Below, piece after piece: positions 37,468-45,106 of a stretch of DNA of 64,000 nucleotides. This DNA is from Candidatus Eiseniibacteriota bacterium (lineage in GTDB: Bacteria > Eisenbacteria > RBG-16-71-46 > DASYSL01), in NCBI GenBank assembly GCA_050733935.1, contig JBOHUC010000098.1, positions 11,033 to 75,032 of the forward strand, read 5' to 3'. The notes below the pieces were generated by a model, which was not told the origin of the DNA, searched no databases, and saw only the letters and a program-made list of their open reading frames with translations. Made by a program: the position numbers and the translations under genes. Position 1 is the first letter of the stretch, and each line of letters starts with the position of its first letter.

Positions 37468-38333
37468 GCCTGTTCGGCACTTCGGGATCCGGGCCCCTCG
37501 GACCGGATCCACCGGATCCTCCGGAACTCCCGGGACCTCTGGGACCGGAGGGCGCAGAAGGCGAGCGGGAGAGGAAGCCCTGGTACTCACCCTCGCGCCT
37601 CAAGACGTTCCTCGAATGCGCGAAGAAATACGAATTCCAGAACATCCTGAAGCGTCCCACCCGACCGCAGCCGCATTTCGATCTGGGCACGAACGTCCAC
37701 GCAGCCCTACGCGAATGGTTGCGCCAGCCGCCGGTGATTCGGACGTGGGATGGATTGCTCGAGCTGTATCGCACCGAGTGGCGCAAGAACCAGCCCGCGT
37801 TCGCGACTCGCCCGCGCGAAGAGCTCCAGAAGTGGGGCGAACAGGGGAAGGCGATGCTGCGCCGCTTCGCGGACACGCTGCCCGACCAGCTCGAGCCGCT
37901 TGCGACCGAAAAGATGGTGCGAGTGGACTTCGGGGATGTGGTCGTGGGCGGTCGCGTGGATCGCGTGGACGAGCTGCCGGACAAGACACTCCGCGTGATC
38001 GATTACAAGACCGGCAAGTTTCCTAAGAACCCCGCGCGCACTCGCGAGGAAGACCTGGCTGCGGCGGTGTACGCGCGCGGCACGAGCGAAGCGTTCGTCG
38101 GCTTGCCCGTGAGCGAAGTCGAGTACCTGTACCTCGAACCGATGGAGCGGCTCGTCTTTCCCGTGGATGCGGCCTGGCAGGCGCACAAGGAGACGGTCGT
38201 GTCCGAGCTCGCGCGCCGGGCCATGGCGGCCGAAGCCGCAAAGAGCTTTCCGGCGCAGCCCTCGAATCTCTGCCAGTGGTGCGATTTCCTCGATGCGTGC
38301 GCGGAGGGGCGCGCGTTCCTCGATCGCGGATGA
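37464..38333 (+). CDS. PD-(D/E)XK nuclease superfamily protein (Cas4/RecB-like C-terminal Cys cluster)
   Basis: GTG overlapping the rsmA stop. 'DRVDEL...RVIDYKTGK' (D...D/E-x-K) and terminal 'CQWCDFLDAC' Fe-S-type cysteine cluster. Confidence 0.65.
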   Translation: MSLFGTSGSGPLGPDPPDPPELPGPLGPEGAEGERERKPWYSPSRLKTFLECAKKYEFQNILKRPTRPQPHFDLGTNVHAALREWLRQPPVIRTWDGLLELYRTEWRKNQPAFATRPREELQKWGEQGKAMLRRFADTLPDQLEPLATEKMVRVDFGDVVVGGRVDRVDELPDKTLRVIDYKTGKFPKNPARTREEDLAAAVYARGTSEAFVGLPVSEVEYLYLEPMERLVFPVDAAWQAHKETVVSELARRAMAAEAAKSFPAQPSNLCQWCDFLDACAEGRAFLDRG

Positions 38334-38384
38334 TGCGTCGGGTTTCGATCTCCGGATTCGTCCTCTACAGCCTCCAGTAATCCG

Positions 38385-38960
38385 ATGGACGTGCCGCTCG
38401 ATTCCTTCATCCCGCATCCGTACGTGCGCGAGCGCTTCGAGACGACGATCCGAGCGCCTGCGGCGCTCGTGCTGGGCGTCGCCCGAAGCTTCGACATGCA
38501 ATCGCCCCCGCTCGTCCGCGCGATCATTCGGCTTCGGGAGAGATTCATGGGCGCGCAGGGGACTCCACGCACCCCTCGGGGACTCGTGGACGAGATGCTC
38601 GGGCTGGGGTGGGGCCTTCTCGTGGATCGCCCAGGCGAATTGGTCATCATGGGGGCGAGCTGTCAGCCGTGGTTACCCGACGTGGTGTTCACGGCCGTTC
38701 CTTCGGCTCACTTCCGGTCCTACGCGGAACCCGATCGCGTGAAGATCGCGTGGACGCTGGAAGCGAGAGAGCTCGACCTTGCCGTGACTCGCTTCGGTCA
38801 GGAGACGCGGGTGGTGGCGACGGATGGCGGAGCACGGATCAAGTTCCGAAACTACTGGCGCTGGGCGCGCTTCGGGATCGTGGCCATCCGGCTCGTGCTC
38901 CTGCCTGAGATCCGAAAGGCCGCAGAACGTGAGTGGCGGCGAGGGGGTGGCGCTCGATGA
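38385..38960 (+). CDS. Hypothetical protein
   Basis: 191-aa ORF with diverse composition. No family recognised. Confidence 0.45.
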   Translation: MDVPLDSFIPHPYVRERFETTIRAPAALVLGVARSFDMQSPPLVRAIIRLRERFMGAQGTPRTPRGLVDEMLGLGWGLLVDRPGELVIMGASCQPWLPDVVFTAVPSAHFRSYAEPDRVKIAWTLEARELDLAVTRFGQETRVVATDGGARIKFRNYWRWARFGIVAIRLVLLPEIRKAAEREWRRGGGAR

Positions 38961-39421
38961 AGCGAGTGTTCCGACAATGGGTCCTTCGGCTGGCCCTGGG
39001 GCTGGTCCTGATTGGAGCGTGCCACGGTCAGCTGCACGCCTGTTCGTGTATCAGGACCGACTACGGATTCCTTTACCGGGACCATGTCGAGTTGCCTCGC
39101 AACGCTGTGGGCGTCCCGTGGTGGGGCTCCCTGGATTGGGCCAACGATCGGTTCTGGTTGCCCGATTCCGCCGCGTTTCTCATCGAAGTGCGGAAGGGCG
39201 ACGCATGGAAGCCCGTACCGACACGTCTCAGCTTCGTACAGCACGAGCTGACGAACCGTAGTCCCAAGTGGCGGCAACCGCCACTCGTGATGGTCGCTCC
39301 CGAAGGTCCTCATCGTGATGGAGCTGCCGAAAAGGCAGCAAGCTTGGGCGGATGCCCTGTTGTACACGGTGTTCGTCGACGACCAGGGCATGTGGCGCCC
39401 GGACAAGAGTCTCTGCAGTGA
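38957..39421 (+). CDS. Hypothetical secreted protein; possibly the 5' part of a frameshifted gene
   Basis: Signal peptide 'MKRVFRQWVLRLALGLVLIGACHG'. The last 40 aa are Arg/Gly-rich and look out-of-frame. Overlaps the next ORF by 107 nt. Confidence 0.35.
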   Translation: MKRVFRQWVLRLALGLVLIGACHGQLHACSCIRTDYGFLYRDHVELPRNAVGVPWWGSLDWANDRFWLPDSAAFLIEVRKGDAWKPVPTRLSFVQHELTNRSPKWRQPPLVMVAPEGPHRDGAAEKAASLGGCPVVHGVRRRPGHVAPGQESLQ

Positions 39422-39632
39422 GACTCCACCTGGGATGAGCCACACAGGCTGGGGCAAGGAAGTGCTCTTCTCGTTTTGCGCGAACATCCCGGGAGACTAC
39501 GGGCCGCCGGTGCCGCACGCAGAGAGTCTCCTCCCGGAGGGGCGGCACACCGTTCGGATGGTGGCATGGCTCCCCGGGACTTCCGAACAGATGAAGAGCA
39601 CGACGAGCGTCGTCCTTTCATGCCAGGAGTAG
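39315..39632 (+). CDS. Hypothetical protein; possibly the 3' part of the same frameshifted gene
   Basis: Good compositional complexity. Its frame opens only 27 nt upstream, after a TGA at 39288. Confidence 0.35.
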   Translation: MMELPKRQQAWADALLYTVFVDDQGMWRPDKSLCSETPPGMSHTGWGKEVLFSFCANIPGDYGPPVPHAESLLPEGRHTVRMVAWLPGTSEQMKSTTSVVLSCQE

Positions 39633-39636
39633 CCTG

Positions 39637-40005
39637 ATGAAGGAACTCGTCACACTCCGGCGGTTCGACACGCCGGACGAAGTTCGCGAAATGCCGTTCG
39701 GGCGCTTCGAGATCGTGCGCGCGGGTGGGCTCACGATCGGCCGCGCCACGTATCAGCCCGGATGGAAGTGGTCGGAGCACGTGGGACCGCAGGTCGGAGC
39801 CCGCCGATGCGACGTCGAGCACGTCGGGCTCGTCGTGAGCGGGACCGCCGCCGTGGCGTTCGAAGACGGGACCGTGGTCGAGCTTCGGGCGGGAGAAGTG
39901 TTCCACGTGCCTGCCACGCCGCATGACAGCTGGGTGGTCGGGAACGAGCCCTACGTGTCCCTCCACCTCATGGGGGCCGCCGCTTACGCGAAGGACCCGG
40001 GTTGA
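39637..40005 (+). CDS. Cupin domain protein
   Basis: 'GWKWSEHVG...HVGLVVSGTAAVAFEDGTVVELRAGEVFHVP' matches the cupin two-motif pattern. Confidence 0.7.
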   Translation: MKELVTLRRFDTPDEVREMPFGRFEIVRAGGLTIGRATYQPGWKWSEHVGPQVGARRCDVEHVGLVVSGTAAVAFEDGTVVELRAGEVFHVPATPHDSWVVGNEPYVSLHLMGAAAYAKDPG

Positions 40006-40072
40006 TGCCGCAGCCGCATTCCTGAGATGCGCGCGCGTTGACGCACGGCGCCCGGCCCGATAGGTTGCCGAC

Positions 40073-41386
40073 ATGGCGCGCACCCTGAGACGAAGCCGCG
40101 GACGGAACTCGACCGCGCTCGTCCTTTTCCTCGCCGTCGTCGCGATCCTCACGTTCGCCGGTGGAGTCGCCGTGCTGCACGGGCGCTCCGAGGAGGGTCT
40201 GATCCTGCGCGCGCGCGTGGGACTTCCCGTCGATCGCGTCGCGCTGACCCGCACGATCGGAAAGATCGCCCACCGCACGTTCAGCGAATTCGGTGTTCCG
40301 CTCGGGGCCCAGGTGGCGAAGGATCGCCGGGGCAAACAGGTGGACGCGCTCGACCCGCCGCGCTCTCTCTATGCAGGGACGACCGCGAATGCCTCGGGTC
40401 GCGGGGAGAAGCGCGAGGCCGGCTGGGTCGTGGACGGTAAGGGGTCGCGCGGTCCTGCACGACCGCCGATCGTCTGGACCGCCTACCTCCCCGGCCGGGC
40501 CTCGACTCTTCAGCTCAACGCCCGAATGAGCGAGAACCTGCGAGCGAAAGGGGCGGCAGTGCTCGACGCGTGGGAGGACACGCTCGCGACCGCAGGCTCC
40601 CAGGTGCACCTCGTGCTCGGCGCAGGAAACATCGCGACCCACGAGATCCGGCTCGAGCGGCGCACCGATGCGGTGGGGGCACGTGGCTACGAATCCGCGC
40701 GGCTAATGCTGGTCGTGGATGCGTTCGCGTCTCCCGGGGCGGACACCCTCGGCGCGTCGTTCCTGAACCTCGACGTGCCGCTCACGGTCGCCGTCCTCCC
40801 GCAGTCGAAGTCGACCAAGGCCTGGGGCGAGCGCTTGAAGCGCGCCGGACACGAAGTGCTGCTCCAGATCCCGATGGAGCCGCTCAATTATCCGCAGCGC
40901 GATCCGGGGCCCGGTGCGGTACTCGTCGACATGCCTTCGGGACAGATTCAGCGCCTCGTCAAACGGCACCTGTCCGAGGTGTCGCCCGCTACGGGGGCCA
41001 CGAGCTACATGGGGGCGATGGCGCTCTCCGACGTGGCCGCGATGACGGCCGTCATGAACGAGCTCAAGCGGGCAGAAGTCTATTACCTGGATGCGCGCAC
41101 GATTCCCGGCTCGATCGCGGCCGAGCGCGCGGCGCAGGAAGGCGTGACGTGCTTCCGGGTGGACCAGCGACTCGAAACTCCAGGGAAATACGAAACGCAG
41201 GTGAAGATGCTCGGGAAGCAACTCGAGGCGGCCGTGGACCTCGCGCGGCGGCGCGGTTACGCGATCGTTCTCGTCCACCCCGACAAACCGTCGCTCGCGG
41301 TCCTCAGGCGCGACGTGCCGAAGCTCCTTCGCTCCGGCGTGCGCTTCGAGAGGCTTTCGAGCCTACTCAAGCCGCAGGCCCTTTGA
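40073..41386 (+). CDS. Divergent polysaccharide deacetylase family protein (YibQ-like)
   Basis: N-terminal TM, then 'LMLVVDAFASPG...LDVPLTVAVLP...AGHEVLLQIPMEP...YMGAMALSDVAAM...YLDART'. Confidence 0.75.
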   Translation: MARTLRRSRGRNSTALVLFLAVVAILTFAGGVAVLHGRSEEGLILRARVGLPVDRVALTRTIGKIAHRTFSEFGVPLGAQVAKDRRGKQVDALDPPRSLYAGTTANASGRGEKREAGWVVDGKGSRGPARPPIVWTAYLPGRASTLQLNARMSENLRAKGAAVLDAWEDTLATAGSQVHLVLGAGNIATHEIRLERRTDAVGARGYESARLMLVVDAFASPGADTLGASFLNLDVPLTVAVLPQSKSTKAWGERLKRAGHEVLLQIPMEPLNYPQRDPGPGAVLVDMPSGQIQRLVKRHLSEVSPATGATSYMGAMALSDVAAMTAVMNELKRAEVYYLDARTIPGSIAAERAAQEGVTCFRVDQRLETPGKYETQVKMLGKQLEAAVDLARRRGYAIVLVHPDKPSLAVLRRDVPKLLRSGVRFERLSSLLKPQAL

Positions 41387-41403
41387 GCGGGGGACGCGCG
41401 ACC

Positions 41404-41766
41404 GTGTACGAACAACTCGCTGGACCGCTCCTCTCGACCCGCGCCTTCCTGCGTCGGGTCGGCCGGCACTGGAGTGTTGCGATCGGCGTCCTCGCCGTCT
41501 CCGAGCTCGCCGGCGTTCTCGGCTTTCACTTCCTGGGCGGAGAGTCGTGGATCGACGGGTTCCTCGACTCGTCCATGCTCCTCGGCGGCATGGGTCTCGT
41601 CGGAGACATCCGATCGCCGAGTGGCAAACTCTTCGCGTCCTTCTTTGCGCTCTATGCGGGAATCGTGTTCCTCGGCGCCGGAGCCCTCTTCATCGCACCG
41701 TTCATCCATCGCGTGCTCCACATCCTCCATCTGGACGAGGAGCGTCGCGGGCGTTCGAGCCGCTAG
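41404..41766 (+). CDS. Small hypothetical membrane protein
   Basis: GTG start. Three hydrophobic helices. Confidence 0.35.
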   Translation: MYEQLAGPLLSTRAFLRRVGRHWSVAIGVLAVSELAGVLGFHFLGGESWIDGFLDSSMLLGGMGLVGDIRSPSGKLFASFFALYAGIVFLGAGALFIAPFIHRVLHILHLDEERRGRSSR

Positions 41767-42254
41767 GTTCGGGATGCGATCCAGCCCGCGAGAACGAGAA
41801 TCGTGCCCATGAGGAGCGTCCCTCCGACCAGGATCCAGCCCGCACGCGGGTGATCCGGCGAGCACACGCCGCGCCCCGCCGCGGGACCAAGCCCGAACAC
41901 AAGAAGCGACCACGGCATCATCCAGGCGGTCGACATTCCGGATTCGGACCATGCGCCCGGAGCGGAGAGACCGGCCCACGCGAGCAGGAGTCCTGCGAGG
42001 AGCGCGCCCGAGGTGTACACGCTCCAGCGCGGATAACGCGTCCGCGGGGCGAGCCACCACGCCATCGCGAGCGTGCCGAGCCCGAAAGCTGCGGCCGCCA
42101 GGAGCGCACCTTCGCGTGTCGTCTTTCCAGTTGCATGACCAGCGATCGCCGCGGCCATCGTGGCTGCGAGCAGGATGAGGGCGCCGAGCGCGGCGCCGCG
42201 CGCAGTTCGCGGCGAACGTGGATGCCGTTCGATTCCCGGGTTTCCGGCGTTCAT
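41763..42254 (-). CDS. Hypothetical integral membrane protein
   Basis: 163 aa, 4-5 TM segments. Last gene of a three-gene minus-strand operon. Confidence 0.5.
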   Translation of the reverse strand: MNAGNPGIERHPRSPRTARGAALGALILLAATMAAAIAGHATGKTTREGALLAAAAFGLGTLAMAWWLAPRTRYPRWSVYTSGALLAGLLLAWAGLSAPGAWSESGMSTAWMMPWSLLVFGLGPAAGRGVCSPDHPRAGWILVGGTLLMGTILVLAGWIASRT

Positions 42255-42272
42255 GGAATCCTCCTTTCGACC

Positions 42273-42473
42273 TCAGCGCTCTGCATCTTCTTCGAACACT
42301 TCCTCGATTCGCTTCCCGAACAGCCGCGCGATCCGAAACGCGAGCGGCAAGCTCGGGTCGTACTTTTCGGTCTCGATCGCGTTCACGGTCTGGCGTGACA
42401 CGCGGAGCCGGCTGGCCAAGTCTCCTTGAGACCACTCGCGCGCGGCCCGCAGCGAGCGAAGGTGGTTCCTCAT
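42273..42473 (-). CDS. XRE-family HTH transcriptional regulator (YozG-like)
   Basis: 'LRAAREWSQGDLASRLRVSRQTVNAIETEKYDPSLPLAFRIARLFGKRIEEVF'. Confidence 0.75.
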   Translation of the reverse strand: MRNHLRSLRAAREWSQGDLASRLRVSRQTVNAIETEKYDPSLPLAFRIARLFGKRIEEVFEEDAER

Positions 42474-42483
42474 CGCCGCCGCG

Positions 42484-42879
42484 TCACCGGTAACGTCGGT
42501 GGCTGATCAGGAGCCCGATCGCCCACAGCCCGCACATCACCGGCCACACGATCGTGCCCCACTCGATGTCCGGAAGCCCCGCGCCGACCAGGAACCCGTA
42601 GCCGGTCGCGAGAATCCCCGTGCCGCCGAAGCTGAACGCGAGCGCCTCGAGATGCATGCGCTGCTGGAGCTCGTCGAGGCGCCGGATGGAGCTGAACATT
42701 CCGAGGATCAAGGCGGCCGAAGCGGCGCCTTGAACGAGGGCGACCGCAATCCGTCCCGGTGATTCCTTGGGCATCGTCTTTCCGAGAAAGGCGCCGCCGA
42801 GGATGATCGCGGCGATGACGAGCGCGAACGCCAGGAACCGCGGGTCTTCGCAGGACCAGATACTGCGCTTTTCGTTCAT
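42484..42879 (-). CDS. Hypothetical membrane protein (partner of the YozG-like regulator)
   Basis: 131 aa, 4 TM. Sits 10 nt upstream of the XRE gene. Confidence 0.5.
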   Translation of the reverse strand: MNEKRSIWSCEDPRFLAFALVIAAIILGGAFLGKTMPKESPGRIAVALVQGAASAALILGMFSSIRRLDELQQRMHLEALAFSFGGTGILATGYGFLVGAGLPDIEWGTIVWPVMCGLWAIGLLISHRRYR

Positions 42880-42946
42880 GCCCGGGACTGTAAAGGATCC
42901 TTGTCAGGCTGTCAAGCGTGCTTTACATGGTCGGCGGGCTCGGCGC

Positions 42947-43090
42947 AACTTGCCCCGGGGCAACCTGCTGCGCAGCAACCTGGGGGTCCGCCAACTTGCC
43001 GCAGGGCAACCTGCTGCGCAAGCAACCTGGGGGTCCCCCAACTTGCCCCGGGGCAACCTGCCGTGCGGCAACCTGCCCGTGGAGCAACCC
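42947..43090. repeat. Three imperfect tandem copies of a roughly 46-bp unit, with 'GCAACCTG' occurring six times, in the divergent intergenic region upstream of lepB
   Basis: Units start at 42947, 42992 and 43039 (CAACTTGCC...GGCAACCTGCTGCGCA(A)GCAACCTGGGGGTCC). Read directly from the sequence. Confidence 0.85.
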
Positions 43091-43106
43091 TGCTATCCTG
43101 CTTTCC

Positions 43107-43715
43107 GTGAACCCCACCGCGAGCCGCGCCCGGAAGCGAATACTCGAACTCCTCGTGATCGGAGCCGCCGTGCTCCTTCAGTTCGCGGCGCGCTCGTCGC
43201 TCGCGGATCACTACATCGTTCCCACGGGCTCGATGGAGCAGACGATCCACCCTGGCGACCGCATCCTGGTCGACAAGAGGGCCTACGGCCTGCGGGTGCC
43301 CTTCACGCGACTCGAGCTCGTTCCGGGCGCCCGTCCTGCGCGGGGCGAGATCGCGGTGTTCGATTCCCCGGAGAATGGTATCCGGCTCATCAAGCGCGTG
43401 GTCGCGATCTCCGGCGACGTGGTCGAAGTGCGAAAGGGCCGGGTGATCGTGAACGGCAAGCCGCTCGCGCTCCCTCCCGACGGACAGCACGAGCGCTTCG
43501 GCGCGCGCACCTCGGACCTCGAGCTCTGCTTCGGCGGTGGACCCGACATCGGACCGGTGCGGGTGCCCGACGGCTCGGTGCTCCTCCTCGGAGATGCGCG
43601 TGGGAACAGCCGCGATGGCCGCACGTTCGGCTTCGTCCGGGAGGACCGGCTCTACGCGCGTGCGATCTCGGTCTTCTTCCGAACTGACCGGGGATTCGTC
43701 TGGCAGACGCTGTGA
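43107..43715 (+). CDS. lepB: Signal peptidase I
   Basis: TM 'ILELLVIGAAVLLQFAA', catalytic Ser box 'PTGSME', Lys box 'LIKRVVA', 'GDARGNSRDGR'. Start GTG at 43107, downstream of the repeats. Confidence 0.8.
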   Translation: MNPTASRARKRILELLVIGAAVLLQFAARSSLADHYIVPTGSMEQTIHPGDRILVDKRAYGLRVPFTRLELVPGARPARGEIAVFDSPENGIRLIKRVVAISGDVVEVRKGRVIVNGKPLALPPDGQHERFGARTSDLELCFGGGPDIGPVRVPDGSVLLLGDARGNSRDGRTFGFVREDRLYARAISVFFRTDRGFVWQTL

Positions 43716-44443
43716 CCGCCGACCGCGCCGACCGCGCCGACCGCGCGCGTCGCGTGGCCGGCATCATCGGCGGCATCGGCCCCGAATCGACGCTCGACTA
43801 CTACCGCCAGATCATCGACCGCTACCGCGCTCGCGCGGGGAACGGCCGATACCCCCACGTCCTCATCAACAGCATCGACGCCGAGACCGTCGTCCCGCTC
43901 GTCCTGGCCGGGGAGCTGCCGCGGCTTGCCGAAATCCTGTCGGCCGAGGTCGAGCGGCTCGCGTCCGCCGGGGCGACGTTCGCCCTCCTCGCCGCGAACA
44001 CGCCGCATATCGTGTTCGATGACCTGAAGGCGCGCTCGCGGATCCCGCTCTTGAGCATCGTCGAGGCAACCGCGGACGCCGCGCGGGCGCGCGGACTCAC
44101 GAGGCCCGCGCTCCTCGGCACGCGCCCGACGATGCAGGGGCGCTTCTTCCCGGAAGTGTTCCGGAAGGCGAGCCTCGATCTCGTGGTTCCGCGCCCCGAC
44201 GAGCAGGAGGTGGTGCACGAGATCTACATGGTGGAGCTGTTCCGCGGCGTGTTCCGGCCAGAGTCGCGCGAGCGGATTTGTAACGTGATGGATCGGCTCG
44301 CAGCCGAAGAGAGAGCCGACAGCGTCATTCTGGGCGGCACCGAGCTTCCGCTCCTCATGCGTGAAGTCGAACACCGGACGCCGCCGTTCCTCGACACGAC
44401 GAAAATCCACGTCGAGCGGATCGTGGACGAGCTTTTGTCCTGA
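43712..44443 (+). CDS. Aspartate/glutamate racemase family protein
   Basis: 'IIGGIGPESTLDYY', 'LLAANTPH', 'ILGGTELPLL'. The 5' end contains a 9-bp x3 repeat encoding 'ADRADRADRA'. Confidence 0.8.
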   Translation: MTADRADRADRARRVAGIIGGIGPESTLDYYRQIIDRYRARAGNGRYPHVLINSIDAETVVPLVLAGELPRLAEILSAEVERLASAGATFALLAANTPHIVFDDLKARSRIPLLSIVEATADAARARGLTRPALLGTRPTMQGRFFPEVFRKASLDLVVPRPDEQEVVHEIYMVELFRGVFRPESRERICNVMDRLAAEERADSVILGGTELPLLMREVEHRTPPFLDTTKIHVERIVDELLS

Positions 44444-44476
44444 TCCGAAGCGCTCCTGGCCTGACGAGCGGGTAGA

Positions 44477-44929
44477 GTGTCCTCCATGGAACCCCGGTTG
44501 AGCTTTCTCACGCTCGGCGTACGCGACATGACGCGCGCGACGCGCTTTTATGCGGACGTTCTCAAGCTTCCGCCCGTTCGGATCGGAGAGGACATCGCGT
44601 TCTTCGAGCTCGGGAAGACGTGGCTTGCGCTCTATCCGCGCGAGCTCCTTGCGGCCGATGCGGGCGTCCCGGCCGACGCGGGCATTTCGGCGGTCGCGGC
44701 TGAAGGCCCGGGCTTGGGCTCGGTCTCAGGCTTCCCGGGGTTCACGCTCGCGCACAACGTGCGCTCCGAGGCCGAAGTGGATGCGCTCCTCGCGGAGGCG
44801 GTCGCGGGCGGCGCTCGGCTCGTGAAGGCCGGCAAGAGAGCGGAATGGGGCGGATACAGCGGCTACTTCGCCGATCCCGATGGATTCCTGTGGGAGATTG
44901 CGTGGAATCCGAAGTTCCCGCACGTATAA
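44477..44929 (+). CDS. VOC family protein
   Basis: 'LSFLTLGVRDMTRATRFYADVL...GYSGYFADPDGFLWEIAWNP'. Confidence 0.7.
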   Translation: MSSMEPRLSFLTLGVRDMTRATRFYADVLKLPPVRIGEDIAFFELGKTWLALYPRELLAADAGVPADAGISAVAAEGPGLGSVSGFPGFTLAHNVRSEAEVDALLAEAVAGGARLVKAGKRAEWGGYSGYFADPDGFLWEIAWNPKFPHV

Positions 44930-45106
44930 AGCACGAGTCACGCTCGTGTCCGCATATGCATCGTCCGGAGGCACAGCTTCCGTCCTTGCCTTGACCGTCC
45001 GGGTTCCATAGAATCGTCGTCGCTCGACATCCCCCGGATTCAACCCCCCCCCGAAGACAGTTCGTCCCCCCCTTGATCTCGCCGGCCGACTGCGGGGGGA
45101 AAGCTC

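Noticed and set aside
43712-43745. 9-bp x3 repeat (GACCGCGCC) at the 5' end of the racemase gene, encoding ADRADRADRA
   Set aside because: Short, in-frame, and probably a neutral N-terminal low-complexity extension. Noted in the feature evidence rather than as a finding.
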